Shown: one piece after another, positions 19,191 to 29,710 of the stretch
Position numbering within the stretch: the first letter of the stretch is position 1
Layout: each line of letters begins with the position of its first letter
Source: Promethearchaeati archaeon
Lineage (GTDB): Archaea > Asgardarchaeota > Heimdallarchaeia > Heimdallarchaeales > Heimdallarchaeaceae
NCBI GenBank assembly: GCA_013166775.1
Contig: JABLTJ010000002.1
Span: 96,001 to 160,000 of the forward strand
DNA length: 64,000 bases
Reading direction: 5' to 3'
The notes under the pieces: generated by a model
Database searches by the model: none
What the model was told of the DNA's origin: nothing
The model's input: the letters and a program-made list of their open reading frames with translations, nothing else
Program-made: the position numbers and the translations under genes

Positions 19191-22160
19191 TTAGTAGTAT
19201 GTTTCTTTCTTCCTTATGAACATCTTATAAACTTCTAGGGTAACCAAAGGTAGAGCTATAGCTACTAATAATATGATCCAGTCTACTACTCCTAATGCTA
19301 CAAATTCTACCCTAAAACCTAACAGATTATTCGCAAGGTTTTGTAGAGGAACAACGTAGATTAATAGAATATGAATAAGAGGAACTATCATTACTAGAAT
19401 AAATACTAACCATTTCCAATCTTCCTTGAAGGATTTGAAAACTGATTTATTCAACCTACGAAGACTAAAGACTACTAGACTTTCTGAAATAACCAATATT
19501 GTTACAAGCATCGTTCGTGCCTTTGCATGTGACCAGTTAATTGGAGAGGAAGCAGTTGCATTAATATCACCTAATAGAATCAAATCAATTCCTGATTGAT
19601 TGAACTCTGTTATAGGTATAATACCACGATATGTTAAGAAGTAAACCAGAAAACCAGCAAAGGCTAAAACTAAAGCTAGTATAACAAGAGCCCAAACATA
19701 TCTTTTATTGAATATTTCTTCATCATCTCTTGGGGGATATTCCATTATTTCCTTAGAAATACTATCGAAGATGAATGCTAAGGGGGGTATAAGATGAGCT
19801 GAAGAGAAAATATACACTCTCTGGAAATCATTCACGAAATGAAATCCTGGAATAAATGAAGTTGAGAAGTAGAGAATTGCTTCAGCAATATTAAGTGTAA
19901 TGTAGAAGAAGATCATAACCCTTATCCTGTCAAATAAACCTCGACCTTCTCTTATCCCTAGAACAGTGCTTGTAAAACTATCATCTGAGATGATGACATC
20001 AGAAGCTTGTTTAGCTACTTCAGTTCCTTCAATCCCCATGCATATTCCTACATCTGCATTAGTTAATGCAAGTGAATCATTTACTCCATCTCCGCACATT
20101 GCTATTATTTTGTTTATTTTTTGATATCTTTCTACAATTACTTGTTTATGTTGAGGTGATACACGAGCGAAAATTCTTGTATTGTAAAAATCAGTTTCTG
20201 TTAGATCTTTTATCTTATTTCCTTCTACTACTAGTTCTTCCCCTTGAATTAACCCAACTTCTTTTGCTATAGCTTTTCCAGTAAGTGGACTATCTCCTGT
20301 TATCATAATGGTTGTTACTCCTGCCCTCACACAGTCTTCTACAGCGCTTTTTACTCCGTATCTTGGTGGATCTAGCATACATACAAAACCATTGTAAATC
20401 ATTTCCTTTTCTGTTTCATCTCTATCATGGTCAAGCAACACATCTCTTGACATTGGTCGAACAGCTAAAGAAATAACTCTATATCCTTGTGATGCAAAAT
20501 CACTGACATACTTGTTGATTAAATTGATATCGTTTTCTTCTAGAGGTTTGTGATCAAAAGGACTCCCAATATGCGAACATAGAGGTAGAACTGTTTCTGT
20601 TGCCCCTTTACAGAACATGGAAAAACCTCTCTCATCTTGGAATGTTCTACTCATTCTCTTAAGAGTGGAATCAAAGTTGAATTCCATTACATATCCATAA
20701 TTTTCTCTTATCTCCTTCTCATTCAAACCTGATTTGTTGAACAGTGCAAGAAAGGCTCCATCTGTTGGATCTCCTGTAGTTTTCCATGAAATCTGATGAT
20801 GAGGTTCAAACACTTCTTCAACTATTAGATGAGCATTATTGTTCAACATTCCTCCAACTAGTAAAAACTCTAAAATTGAATCTTTCGCGAAGGGTTTTAT
20901 GTTATCAGGAATCATCATATCTTCAGGTATTTCAGTTGTATCTTTACCTATAGGAAAAATTGCACCTTGATCACTAAAACCTACACCTGATACGCCATAA
21001 AAATACTCAGTATCCCACACCTTTTGTATTGTCATCTGATTAGTGGTGATTGTTCCTGTTTTATCAGAACACAAAATTGAGCACCTCCCTAGAGTTTCAA
21101 CAGCTGATAGATTTCTGATAATGACTCTATCTTTTGCCATTGATAAGACTCCAGTTAGCAGAATTAAAGTTGTCAAGAGAGGGATACTGATTGGCATGAT
21201 AGCCATTGATGTTGTGATGGAATTAATTGCATCATCTATATAAAGCATATCTGTTCGGTTGTTAACAGCAAAATGGATTATAGCCTTATAAGTTAAAGAA
21301 ACAACTAAAAATACAACTACAGCAAAACCCAGCCATTTTGCTAGTCGATTCACTTTTGTTCGAATTGGTATTTCGTTGCTTCCTATTTCTTGTAGCTCTG
21401 TTGATAATCTGCCGATTTCTGTATAGAGACCTGTATTAACTACAATTGCATTTGCTCTTCCTGCTTCAATAAAAGTACCAGTATAGAGCATATTTACTCT
21501 CTGTGAGATTGGAGTATCTTCATCTATAGTTTTTGTAGGTTCATTTGACTTTTCAACTGCTACTGATTCTCCAGTTAGGGCTGATTCATTGACCAGACAA
21601 TTACTTGAATAGATAATTCGAGAATCAGATGGAACTCTATCTCCTTGATCGAGTTCGATTAAATCTCCTGGGACTAATACTGCTGCACCTAGAGTTTCAG
21701 GTACTCCATCTCTAATAACAGTTGAAGTTGGTGCTGAAAGCTTATGAAGAGCATCTAATTTGAATTGAGCCCTTATTTGTTGGAATATCGTAAAAACAAT
21801 ATTTACGCCTATAATGGCCATCCAGAAACCTATTTGGCTCCACACATCAGAAGAAGGGATTTTCATAACAAAAGTTTTAATCAAACCTAAAATCACCATC
21901 AGTATTGAGACGATTAAATAGATATTAATCAGCCAATTCAGCAATGGAGCTATGTAAACATCCCAGACTGAACCTTTGATTTTAGGAAGAACGTTTTCTC
22001 CGTAGTTTACTAATCTACTATCAGCTTCTTCTTTTTTCAAGCCAAACCTGACATCAGTGTCCAATTCATCACAAATCTCGTCTATTGTTCTATTATGAGG
22101 GCAGAGATTTTTTTGTGTGATCTTCTCTTCAGATTTGGTTTCTCTTTTCATTCTTGTCAA
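19191..22160 (-). CDS. P-type ATPase, P2A-like scaffold with atypical transport site
   Basis: TGES, CSDKTGT, KGA, DPPR, MITGD, MCGDGVND; about 10 TM helices; M4 reads MPISIP rather than PEGLP. Confidence 0.93.
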   Translation of the reverse strand: MTRMKRETKSEEKITQKNLCPHNRTIDEICDELDTDVRFGLKKEEADSRLVNYGENVLPKIKGSVWDVYIAPLLNWLINIYLIVSILMVILGLIKTFVMKIPSSDVWSQIGFWMAIIGVNIVFTIFQQIRAQFKLDALHKLSAPTSTVIRDGVPETLGAAVLVPGDLIELDQGDRVPSDSRIIYSSNCLVNESALTGESVAVEKSNEPTKTIDEDTPISQRVNMLYTGTFIEAGRANAIVVNTGLYTEIGRLSTELQEIGSNEIPIRTKVNRLAKWLGFAVVVFLVVSLTYKAIIHFAVNNRTDMLYIDDAINSITTSMAIMPISIPLLTTLILLTGVLSMAKDRVIIRNLSAVETLGRCSILCSDKTGTITTNQMTIQKVWDTEYFYGVSGVGFSDQGAIFPIGKDTTEIPEDMMIPDNIKPFAKDSILEFLLVGGMLNNNAHLIVEEVFEPHHQISWKTTGDPTDGAFLALFNKSGLNEKEIRENYGYVMEFNFDSTLKRMSRTFQDERGFSMFCKGATETVLPLCSHIGSPFDHKPLEENDINLINKYVSDFASQGYRVISLAVRPMSRDVLLDHDRDETEKEMIYNGFVCMLDPPRYGVKSAVEDCVRAGVTTIMITGDSPLTGKAIAKEVGLIQGEELVVEGNKIKDLTETDFYNTRIFARVSPQHKQVIVERYQKINKIIAMCGDGVNDSLALTNADVGICMGIEGTEVAKQASDVIISDDSFTSTVLGIREGRGLFDRIRVMIFFYITLNIAEAILYFSTSFIPGFHFVNDFQRVYIFSSAHLIPPLAFIFDSISKEIMEYPPRDDEEIFNKRYVWALVILALVLAFAGFLVYFLTYRGIIPITEFNQSGIDLILLGDINATASSPINWSHAKARTMLVTILVISESLVVFSLRRLNKSVFKSFKEDWKWLVFILVMIVPLIHILLIYVVPLQNLANNLLGFRVEFVALGVVDWIILLVAIALPLVTLEVYKMFIRKKETYY

Positions 22161-22337
22161 CCAGTCTCTTAATTACAGATTGTATAAATTTTTCTAATAT
22201 AAAATTTTAACTCAAGAAGGATATGCAATTGTACAATATTATTAATTCTAGTTATGAAAACCTAAAAGATACAAGAAGAAAGTTTAATAAAATAAGAGAA
22301 AAAGGTATCTTACGAAAGAAGTTACAAATATCAACAA

Positions 22338-23132
22338 GTGAGTACGATGAGTCAACAACCCACAGGTCCTCCCGCTGGTCCTCCACGAGGTCCAATGTTT
22401 ATGAGAGACGAATATCAGAACTTAATTGATGAATTTACTAAAGATATAAAAACAGAGTTGAAAAATGAAGTACTAAGCTTACTCTTAGTAGGTAGTGTTG
22501 TTACACAAGAGCATATTGCAGGAGAATCAGATTGTGATTTTATTATTATTCTTAAAGATAAGGCATCTGGAGAAAAACTACAAGAATCAATGGAAAAAAT
22601 AAGCAAAATAGTATTCAAATATCTTGAAGATCCTTTGTACAGCTCCATTTTAGATGTTGAAGTTCTTGGAGATGATGAAATACCAAAGCAGGGAGAGGGT
22701 TCTGAATATCCATGGACTAAAATATTGGTTGCTCAAAGAGGAAAGGCACTAATTGGAGATAATCCTTTTGCTAAACTTAAGGTAGATGAAGGTCAGATAA
22801 AAGAAGCAGCAAAAGAGATGGCAAGAGTTTTTCTAGAACAAATGGAAGAAATTCCTACACTTGAAGAAGTAGATGATTATGATAAACTATATCTTACTGT
22901 CGAAGCAGTATTAGGCTGTGGGTGTGCTTTTCTCTACTATAATGGAGAAAAAGAGTTCTATAGAAGCTCAGCAATTATCTTGTTCGAAGATAAGTATCAA
23001 GATAAAATTAACATTGAACCTCTCCAAACAAGTCACAGATTAAGACTTGCTGCTAAATCTATTGAAACAAAAAATTTCATCCCTAACTCATTAGCTTTCT
23101 GTAAAGAAGTTAATAAAATACTTAATGCATAA
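22338..23132 (+). CDS. Pol-beta-superfamily nucleotidyltransferase domain protein with helical C-terminal domain
   Basis: LVGSV......ESDCDFIII motif and a later acidic LDVE. Confidence 0.75.
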   Translation: MSTMSQQPTGPPAGPPRGPMFMRDEYQNLIDEFTKDIKTELKNEVLSLLLVGSVVTQEHIAGESDCDFIIILKDKASGEKLQESMEKISKIVFKYLEDPLYSSILDVEVLGDDEIPKQGEGSEYPWTKILVAQRGKALIGDNPFAKLKVDEGQIKEAAKEMARVFLEQMEEIPTLEEVDDYDKLYLTVEAVLGCGCAFLYYNGEKEFYRSSAIILFEDKYQDKINIEPLQTSHRLRLAAKSIETKNFIPNSLAFCKEVNKILNA

Positions 23133-23145
23133 ACGAGGTTATTGA

Positions 23146-23802
23146 ATGTCATTAAAAACTAGTATTGATATTCTGGTTCAGAATATCGAGAGATCTTTAA
23201 TTTTAATGCTTGGTGAATCAGGTACTGCTAAAGAAGAAATAGCTTTTCGTTTCCTTGAAGATGGTTTAGCAAAAAAAGAGACAGTACTAGTGGTGCTATT
23301 TTCGCATTCTTCTTTTGATTATTTAGAGGAATTGAAAAAACGAGAGATTGCTGTTGATAAATATCTCAAAGATGGAACACTGAATTTCATTGATGCTATT
23401 TCTTTTAGATCTATTCCTAAAGAAAAACCACCGAATACAATTATATTAGAAAATGCAAGTGATTTACTTGCTCTTTCAATAAACCTGAATGACATTTCTC
23501 TGAAAACTACTAAGTTACGAATTATCTTTGATCAGCTATCGCTCATCGCATTATATAATTCTGCAATGCAAGTAGTTAATTTCTTACAATCTTTAGCTGC
23601 TAGAGTAAGACAAAGGAACCAAAGTGCTCTAATGCTACTAGACACAGGAGTAATCGATGATCAAACTGAAAAAACACTTCATACAATTGTTGATATGGTA
23701 GTAGAAACAAAGAGAACAGAAGAACCTTCTGGGGTTCAGCAACTTGTCAGAATCAAATTTGCAAAACATAAATATGAACCCAGATGGGTGCAAGTAGTAT
23801 AA
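23146..23802 (+). CDS. KaiC/RAD55-like RecA-fold ATPase with degenerate Walker A
   Basis: LMLGESGTAKE, RIIFDQLS, IVDMVVE; single RecA-like domain. Confidence 0.8.
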   Translation: MSLKTSIDILVQNIERSLILMLGESGTAKEEIAFRFLEDGLAKKETVLVVLFSHSSFDYLEELKKREIAVDKYLKDGTLNFIDAISFRSIPKEKPPNTIILENASDLLALSINLNDISLKTTKLRIIFDQLSLIALYNSAMQVVNFLQSLAARVRQRNQSALMLLDTGVIDDQTEKTLHTIVDMVVETKRTEEPSGVQQLVRIKFAKHKYEPRWVQVV

Positions 23803-24097
23803 CAAAAATAAGAGGGAGAAAAACATTCATTCATCACATAAATGAGATTCAAGAAAAAACTAGAACCTAATTTCTTCCCCATGAAGAATTATTAATAGAA
23901 TCTAAATTTTTCATGAGGAAAATCAAAATTCTTGAAGTTCTATTCAAGAGACATGAAATAGTTTCAGAAAATATATTTATTGTAAAAAATACTAATTCAG
24001 AATAATTTACTCGAACATCTCTGCTATAGGAAAATTTATTTTCTTAGTAGCGAAAGTTTTTTTATTCAGATTGAGTATACTATGTATTTGGAGTATT

Positions 24098-26596
24098 ATG
24101 AAATGGACAATATTAAATGTCTTGCTCATTATAGTTATCATAACTACTTTATACCACCCATTCTCTCAAATAATAGAGAATGATATGCCTGAGGGGCCGG
24201 AATTATCTAATACCAGAACTAAGGAGCAGTCTAATGTAATTAAAGTGGATTATATTACACAATATGAGGATTATTACAGTAATATACACAAACAACCCAA
24301 TTCATTTCAAAATATTGGAGAACCTCGTTCTGTTCAATTTTTATGGCAAAATTCTGAACAATTTCTGAATTTATTTAATCAGACAGACATTATTATTTCT
24401 GATAAAGAAGAAATGATGTATAGAGAAATATTGAATTTTTCACATATTGGAGCTCTTCCTATTATAAGTGCTGTCGAAGATTATGACCCAATCCTGTCTC
24501 CTGAAATAAATTATATCCAAAAAAGTGAGACTCTATACATGGGATTTCAAATAAATGGTTCACAAGTTGTTAAAATTAATGGATTTTGGATTTATCTTCG
24601 TGGGGAATCAGAAGGTATAATTAGATTTCAACTGTATCCTGCAAAACCTGGTGTTGAAGCAGTTACTCTTCCAAATACTACATCACCTTTAACTCAAGAA
24701 ATCGATACTCCAATATCACCAAATATTCTATTAGGAGAAGAAAGATGGATTTGGTTAGGGATAGATGAAACATTAATCCTTGATCCACTTGACACTTATG
24801 CAAATACATTTTATATTGGAATCAGTAGACCTGATCAAGATTCCTCAAAAATTAACTGGGTATGTTGTTCTGATAATTCATGGCCCGATGATAATGATGA
24901 AGGGGATGCATATGCATATACATTTGATCTCACTTATCTACAAAAAGATTTCTTTCTTAATTATTCTATTTCACCAGTATTAGATCATCCCTATCCAACA
25001 GATATCAATTTAAAGGTAAACAATACTGCAATCTCTAATCAATTAACGCCAGGAATAGGGAGATGGGATAGTGATGAATTAGTCCCTGCAATTAATATGA
25101 CAAATAATAAAATCTCTTTATCAATAACATATTCATGGCCTGATTTCTATCAATGGCAAATTAATTATGATGTTATATGGTATGGATTTTTCTACGAAAA
25201 TAGTATGGCTGATACAGAATATCAAGTATCGGTTGATCAATCCACTTCTGATTGGAGTATCTCATTTGTAGCAGATTATCCTAGTAATTCAGAAAATCAG
25301 ATGATGAATGTTAGCATAGAAAAAGAATGGACGGTTTTGTCTGTATATAGAAATACGATAAATCACACTTATTGTACGGAATCTCCTTGCAACCTATTGA
25401 TTCAGGAAGCAAGTGATGGTGTATGGGAGATTAATTGTATTTCTCAAAACAAAATTATTGAAATAGATATCTTGGATATAAAAAACAAACCAATCATTGA
25501 ATCATACTATGATGAAGTAGTAAAAATCTGCGGTAAAATCTTAGAGCCAAATGGGGAGAAAGTATCAAGTGGACGAAGCAGTCTTTATATTTATGATCCT
25601 AATGAAGTAGAAAAATATTGTGAATTAGATTGTCTGATTGATAATTCTTCTGAATACTCAGTAATTTTCTTATGGGATATCCATTCAGAATTTCAAATTG
25701 AAGGAAATTTTATAATCAATTTAATCTGGTCTAACGGAACAGAAGCAGGAATTACGAACGCCAATATTTTTATAAAAATCCCAATTCCACCCTTAAAAAG
25801 GATTTTTACTTATCTAGGTTGGTCAGGTTTAGGTGTGTTAGTCTCAGTTAGTGTACTATTTTTGATTAGACAAAGGTATTATGTCCCACAAAAAAGAGCA
25901 CATCTTCTTCGGTTGAAGACAATGATGTATGAATATCAAGATTCGATAAAATTAACTCGATTGTTAATTATTCATAAGCAATCCGGTTTATGTTTTCTGG
26001 ATCCAATGGCTGATGAAAAGAAAATTGATGCAAATCTTATGGCGGGTTTACTTCACGCCTTTTCATCTTTTGGAGGTAGTCTTTTAGAAGAACATTCTTT
26101 TATTATGGAAAAAGAAGGAGAGACTATTCTTCAACATATGAACTACAAAGACCATCATATTGTAATGTTTGATGGTCAAATTACTCGAATTGCTGCTATT
26201 TATACTAGTATTCCAAGTGAGAATATAAAGAATCAACTAAATGAATTTTCAAAGATTTTCGAAGAGCAATTTTACAATGAACTAACTAATTGGACAGGGG
26301 ACTTAGATAAATTTTCATATTCTATAAATCTTATTGAAAAGATTTTTGCTCTTTCATTTATTTTACCACACAAAGTAAAACTAATAGATTTAGATGAAAT
26401 TAATCTTAACAAATTGGAAAAGAAAATTTATAATTACAGTTCGAAACTAAAGGAAACTAAAAATTATTTTTATTTGGAAGATCTTCTTAATAATTACAAT
26501 GATAAAAAAGAAAAAAAAGTTCTATATGCATTAGAAGCGATTATCTCTCTACGGCAGAAGGGAATCCTCTTCTCATATAATATTGAAAAAGAATAA
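24098..26596 (+). CDS. Single-pass membrane protein with extracellular beta domains and cytoplasmic longin/roadblock plus wHTH-like tail
   Basis: ATG 24098 after GGAG; signal peptide; TM YLGWSGLGVLVSVSVLFLI; tail LLIIHKQSGL...DANLMAGLLHAFSSFG. Confidence 0.7.
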   Translation: MKWTILNVLLIIVIITTLYHPFSQIIENDMPEGPELSNTRTKEQSNVIKVDYITQYEDYYSNIHKQPNSFQNIGEPRSVQFLWQNSEQFLNLFNQTDIIISDKEEMMYREILNFSHIGALPIISAVEDYDPILSPEINYIQKSETLYMGFQINGSQVVKINGFWIYLRGESEGIIRFQLYPAKPGVEAVTLPNTTSPLTQEIDTPISPNILLGEERWIWLGIDETLILDPLDTYANTFYIGISRPDQDSSKINWVCCSDNSWPDDNDEGDAYAYTFDLTYLQKDFFLNYSISPVLDHPYPTDINLKVNNTAISNQLTPGIGRWDSDELVPAINMTNNKISLSITYSWPDFYQWQINYDVIWYGFFYENSMADTEYQVSVDQSTSDWSISFVADYPSNSENQMMNVSIEKEWTVLSVYRNTINHTYCTESPCNLLIQEASDGVWEINCISQNKIIEIDILDIKNKPIIESYYDEVVKICGKILEPNGEKVSSGRSSLYIYDPNEVEKYCELDCLIDNSSEYSVIFLWDIHSEFQIEGNFIINLIWSNGTEAGITNANIFIKIPIPPLKRIFTYLGWSGLGVLVSVSVLFLIRQRYYVPQKRAHLLRLKTMMYEYQDSIKLTRLLIIHKQSGLCFLDPMADEKKIDANLMAGLLHAFSSFGGSLLEEHSFIMEKEGETILQHMNYKDHHIVMFDGQITRIAAIYTSIPSENIKNQLNEFSKIFEEQFYNELTNWTGDLDKFSYSINLIEKIFALSFILPHKVKLIDLDEINLNKLEKKIYNYSSKLKETKNYFYLEDLLNNYNDKKEKKVLYALEAIISLRQKGILFSYNIEKE

Positions 26597-26786
26597 AGAA
26601 ATTCATACTCTACAAAAACTTAAAAAATAATATTTAGTGATTTCGGTTCTCCGCAGTTTAAGAAGTTATGATTTTTCAAAAGAATTGTTTAATGATGAAT
26701 TAGTTTAGGTTTAGCAATATTATTCAGTTTTCTGAGAGAGATGGAATTTTTTATTGCTTTGAACTGCAGATAATATTTTCAAATAA

Positions 26787-27800
26787 TTATTTTTTGATGT
26801 ATCTAAAATATACTAAACAAGCTATAGTTACAATAAATAAACTACTTCCGATTATAATGGCTGTCACTATCCACCCTTCTCCTGTAACTTCCTCAGGATT
26901 GGATAAAGCCAAGAGATTATACTCAATCATGTCAATATATGTGCTGATATCATTAATTCCTAAGAGTGGAGTTAATTTAGCTAGTTTTGCATTAGTATCA
27001 CGAGCAATCTGTATTATCATTTTCTCTTCGATTTGAGGTTGAGTAATTATGATGGAAACATTCTCTGCAATCATTGTATCAATTATTTCTCCTATATGTT
27101 GAGCTGAAGGTTCAGATCCCTCATGTTCCTCAATAACACCTACTCTTTCAATCCCTAATAAATCTAGAAGATACATAAAGGAAGGATGGTGAACTACAAC
27201 TTTCAAACCTTCAAATTGATTTTCGTTATCAATCATTGTGATTAAATCATCTAATTCAGATAGATAATCATCTCTGTTTGATTCATATTCAGCTTGATGT
27301 TCAAAATCTAATAAGATTACTTCATTTGTTATTTTTTGCACAAAGGTTTTCGTTATAATTGGACTCATCCATAGATGTGGATTTGGATCACTTGTTACAG
27401 GATCTATTGTCATCATTTCATCGGTTGCTAAATATAATACATTTAAATTATGATTATCTGGTAAAACCTGCTCAGCCCAAGGTTCTAATCCTTCTACTCC
27501 AAAAATGATGAAGAGATCAGAATTTTCTATCATATGAATATCGCTTCCTAATAATTCAAATGTATGAGGATCTTCACCTCCAGTCACAACTGAAGTTGGA
27601 ATAAATAATCCTTCACCAATCTCTCCTACCCAGTCAGCAATAATTGATATTGAGGTTACAACTTTGATTTCCCCAGAAAGTTGTTTAGAGATTATTGAAC
27701 CATCAATTGAATTTGATATAGGACTGCTTAGAAAAGCAAATGAAGATAGTAAAATAAGAAAAAACACTAGATTTTGATTCTTCCTTGTTGGATACTTCAT
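26787..27800 (-). CDS. znuA: Zn/Mn ABC transporter substrate-binding protein with C-terminal TM anchor
   Basis: DPHTFE, PNPHLWMSP, HHPSFMY, EPSA motifs. Confidence 0.88.
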   Translation of the reverse strand: MKYPTRKNQNLVFFLILLSSFAFLSSPISNSIDGSIISKQLSGEIKVVTSISIIADWVGEIGEGLFIPTSVVTGGEDPHTFELLGSDIHMIENSDLFIIFGVEGLEPWAEQVLPDNHNLNVLYLATDEMMTIDPVTSDPNPHLWMSPIITKTFVQKITNEVILLDFEHQAEYESNRDDYLSELDDLITMIDNENQFEGLKVVVHHPSFMYLLDLLGIERVGVIEEHEGSEPSAQHIGEIIDTMIAENVSIIITQPQIEEKMIIQIARDTNAKLAKLTPLLGINDISTYIDMIEYNLLALSNPEEVTGEGWIVTAIIIGSSLFIVTIACLVYFRYIKK

Positions 27801-27884
27801 CTTAAATAGATAACATGGAACACATTTATTATTTTTTGTAAATGCACAAAAAAGATATAGAGCTAAAAGATAAATGATATTTGT

Positions 27885-28904
27885 ATGTCATCATTTCTTG
27901 ATTTCTTCTTAGCGATTGGAGAAGGTTTCATGCTTAAAGCTTTAGCAACAGCATTAATTATAGGAGTTTTGGGAGGAACAATAGGTGTCTTTGTTCTCCT
28001 AAAAGGGATGGTTTTCTTGGGGGAAGCAATCGCTCATTCAGCATTCGCAGGAGCTGCCTTAGGAATTCTACTTGGGATTGACCCTTTAATTACAATAATC
28101 GCATTTGGATTACTAGCCTCTCTTGGTGTCGGTTATGTGAATGAGAAGAAAGTAATGAAAGATGAGGTCATTATCGGAATCGTATTTACAAGTTTCATGG
28201 CTCTCGCGATTCTATTCATAGGTCTGATGCCATTCTATTCCACAAATGTAACTTCGATTCTATTTGGGAATATCTTCTCTGTTTCAAGTGAAAATCTAAT
28301 AATTCTAGTTTTCCTAGCTGCAGCAGTTCTCCTAATATTATTCGGATTGAAGAAGGAGCTATATTTCATGACCTTTAATCCTGAAATGGCTTCTATAGTA
28401 GGTATTCCTGTAAAATTCATAAATTATCTGTTTCTAGCTCTTATGGCTATTACCATAGATATATCCCTTCAAGCAGTAGGAGCAATTCTTGTGTTTGCTA
28501 TGATTATCACTCCAGCAGCAGCTGCTTATCAATGGACCTTTAAACTCAAAAAAATGTTATTTTTGGCAAGTCTTTTTGGAGTTCTTTCTGGTTTCATTGG
28601 TGTATTTTTCTCTTACATCTGGGACTTCCCATCAGGATCAACAATTGTTGGAGTTGCCACATTAATATTCATAGTATCTTTTATTGCATCCCCTAAAAGA
28701 AGAAAATCAGGAACAGGTCATGTAGTAGCAGATTGTGAGTATTGCTCAAGAACTATAGATGGGAGACAATACTGTATTGAAGAAAACTGTGTAGCACAAG
28801 ATATACCTCATAAACACGATGAGAAAGGATTGATTATTTACAAAACTGATCTACATAAGAAGAAGATTCCTTCAAAGCATAAGCATGAGGAGGAGGGGGA
28901 TTAA
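27885..28904 (+). CDS. znuB: Zn/Mn ABC transporter permease with Cys/His-rich tail
   Basis: GEAIAHSAFAG, ILFGNI, AVGAILV..MIITP. Confidence 0.88.
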   Translation: MSSFLDFFLAIGEGFMLKALATALIIGVLGGTIGVFVLLKGMVFLGEAIAHSAFAGAALGILLGIDPLITIIAFGLLASLGVGYVNEKKVMKDEVIIGIVFTSFMALAILFIGLMPFYSTNVTSILFGNIFSVSSENLIILVFLAAAVLLILFGLKKELYFMTFNPEMASIVGIPVKFINYLFLALMAITIDISLQAVGAILVFAMIITPAAAAYQWTFKLKKMLFLASLFGVLSGFIGVFFSYIWDFPSGSTIVGVATLIFIVSFIASPKRRKSGTGHVVADCEYCSRTIDGRQYCIEENCVAQDIPHKHDEKGLIIYKTDLHKKKIPSKHKHEEEGD

Positions 28905-28905
28905 A

Positions 28906-29646
28906 TTGAATTCAAAATCAACAAAAGATATTATCATCTGTTTGAAAGATGTTAATGTAGTATACGGTAATTTAGCAGTTCTTTATGATATCAATTTTGA
29001 TGTTCATAAAGGAGATTTCATAGGAATTTGTGGTCCTAATGGATCTGGAAAAACAACACTTCTAAAAACTATGATTGGGTTGATTGAACCAATCACAGGA
29101 GATGTAAAGCTTTTTGGAAAAGATGTAAAAAATAATATCCCTAAGGAAACAAGATTTAGATTTGGTTATGTTCCTCAAATCACAGAGATTGATCGTAATT
29201 TTCCAGCGTTAGTAAGAGACGTTGTAGAAATGGGCAGATATGCAAAAGCAGGATTAGTAAAATCCCTTACTAAAGAAGATAAAGAAAAAGCTATGAATGC
29301 TTTAGAACTAGTAGAGATGGATTATGCAGCAGATAGACCTATTGGTCATCTCAGTGGAGGACAACAGCAACGAGTTTTAATTGCACAAGCTCTGGCAGCT
29401 GAAGCTGAAGTCTTACTACTGGATGAATTTGATGCGTCACTTGATTTTAGGATGTCTGAAGAGATTATGGAACTCTTAGATTATCTGAAATTCACTCATA
29501 AAATAACTATTGTTACAGTTGGTCATAATTTAGAACTATTGAGAGCTTATTGTAATAGGATTGTTTGTATAAACAAAATGATAGCTTTTGATGGTGAACC
29601 AAAAGATTCAGAATTAGATTCAGCAATTAACAGAATTTTTCATTAG
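28906..29646 (+). CDS. znuC: Zn/Mn ABC transporter ATP-binding protein
   Basis: GPNGSGKT, LSGGQQQR, LLLDE; likely TTG start at 28906 after a G-rich SD-like run. Confidence 0.88.
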   Translation: MNSKSTKDIIICLKDVNVVYGNLAVLYDINFDVHKGDFIGICGPNGSGKTTLLKTMIGLIEPITGDVKLFGKDVKNNIPKETRFRFGYVPQITEIDRNFPALVRDVVEMGRYAKAGLVKSLTKEDKEKAMNALELVEMDYAADRPIGHLSGGQQQRVLIAQALAAEAEVLLLDEFDASLDFRMSEEIMELLDYLKFTHKITIVTVGHNLELLRAYCNRIVCINKMIAFDGEPKDSELDSAINRIFH

Positions 29647-29710
29647 AGGTATATTATCTCAATTAAAAAGTAATAGGGAATAATTGAACCTCAAGAGTTT
29701 ATTGTGGTTA

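Noticed and set aside
23803-24070. Short inverted repeats (TTCTTC/GAAGAA, TCTTGAA/TTCAAGA) as an ncRNA or MITE
   Set aside because: Short AT-rich stems expected by chance at this base composition; no terminal repeats or target duplication
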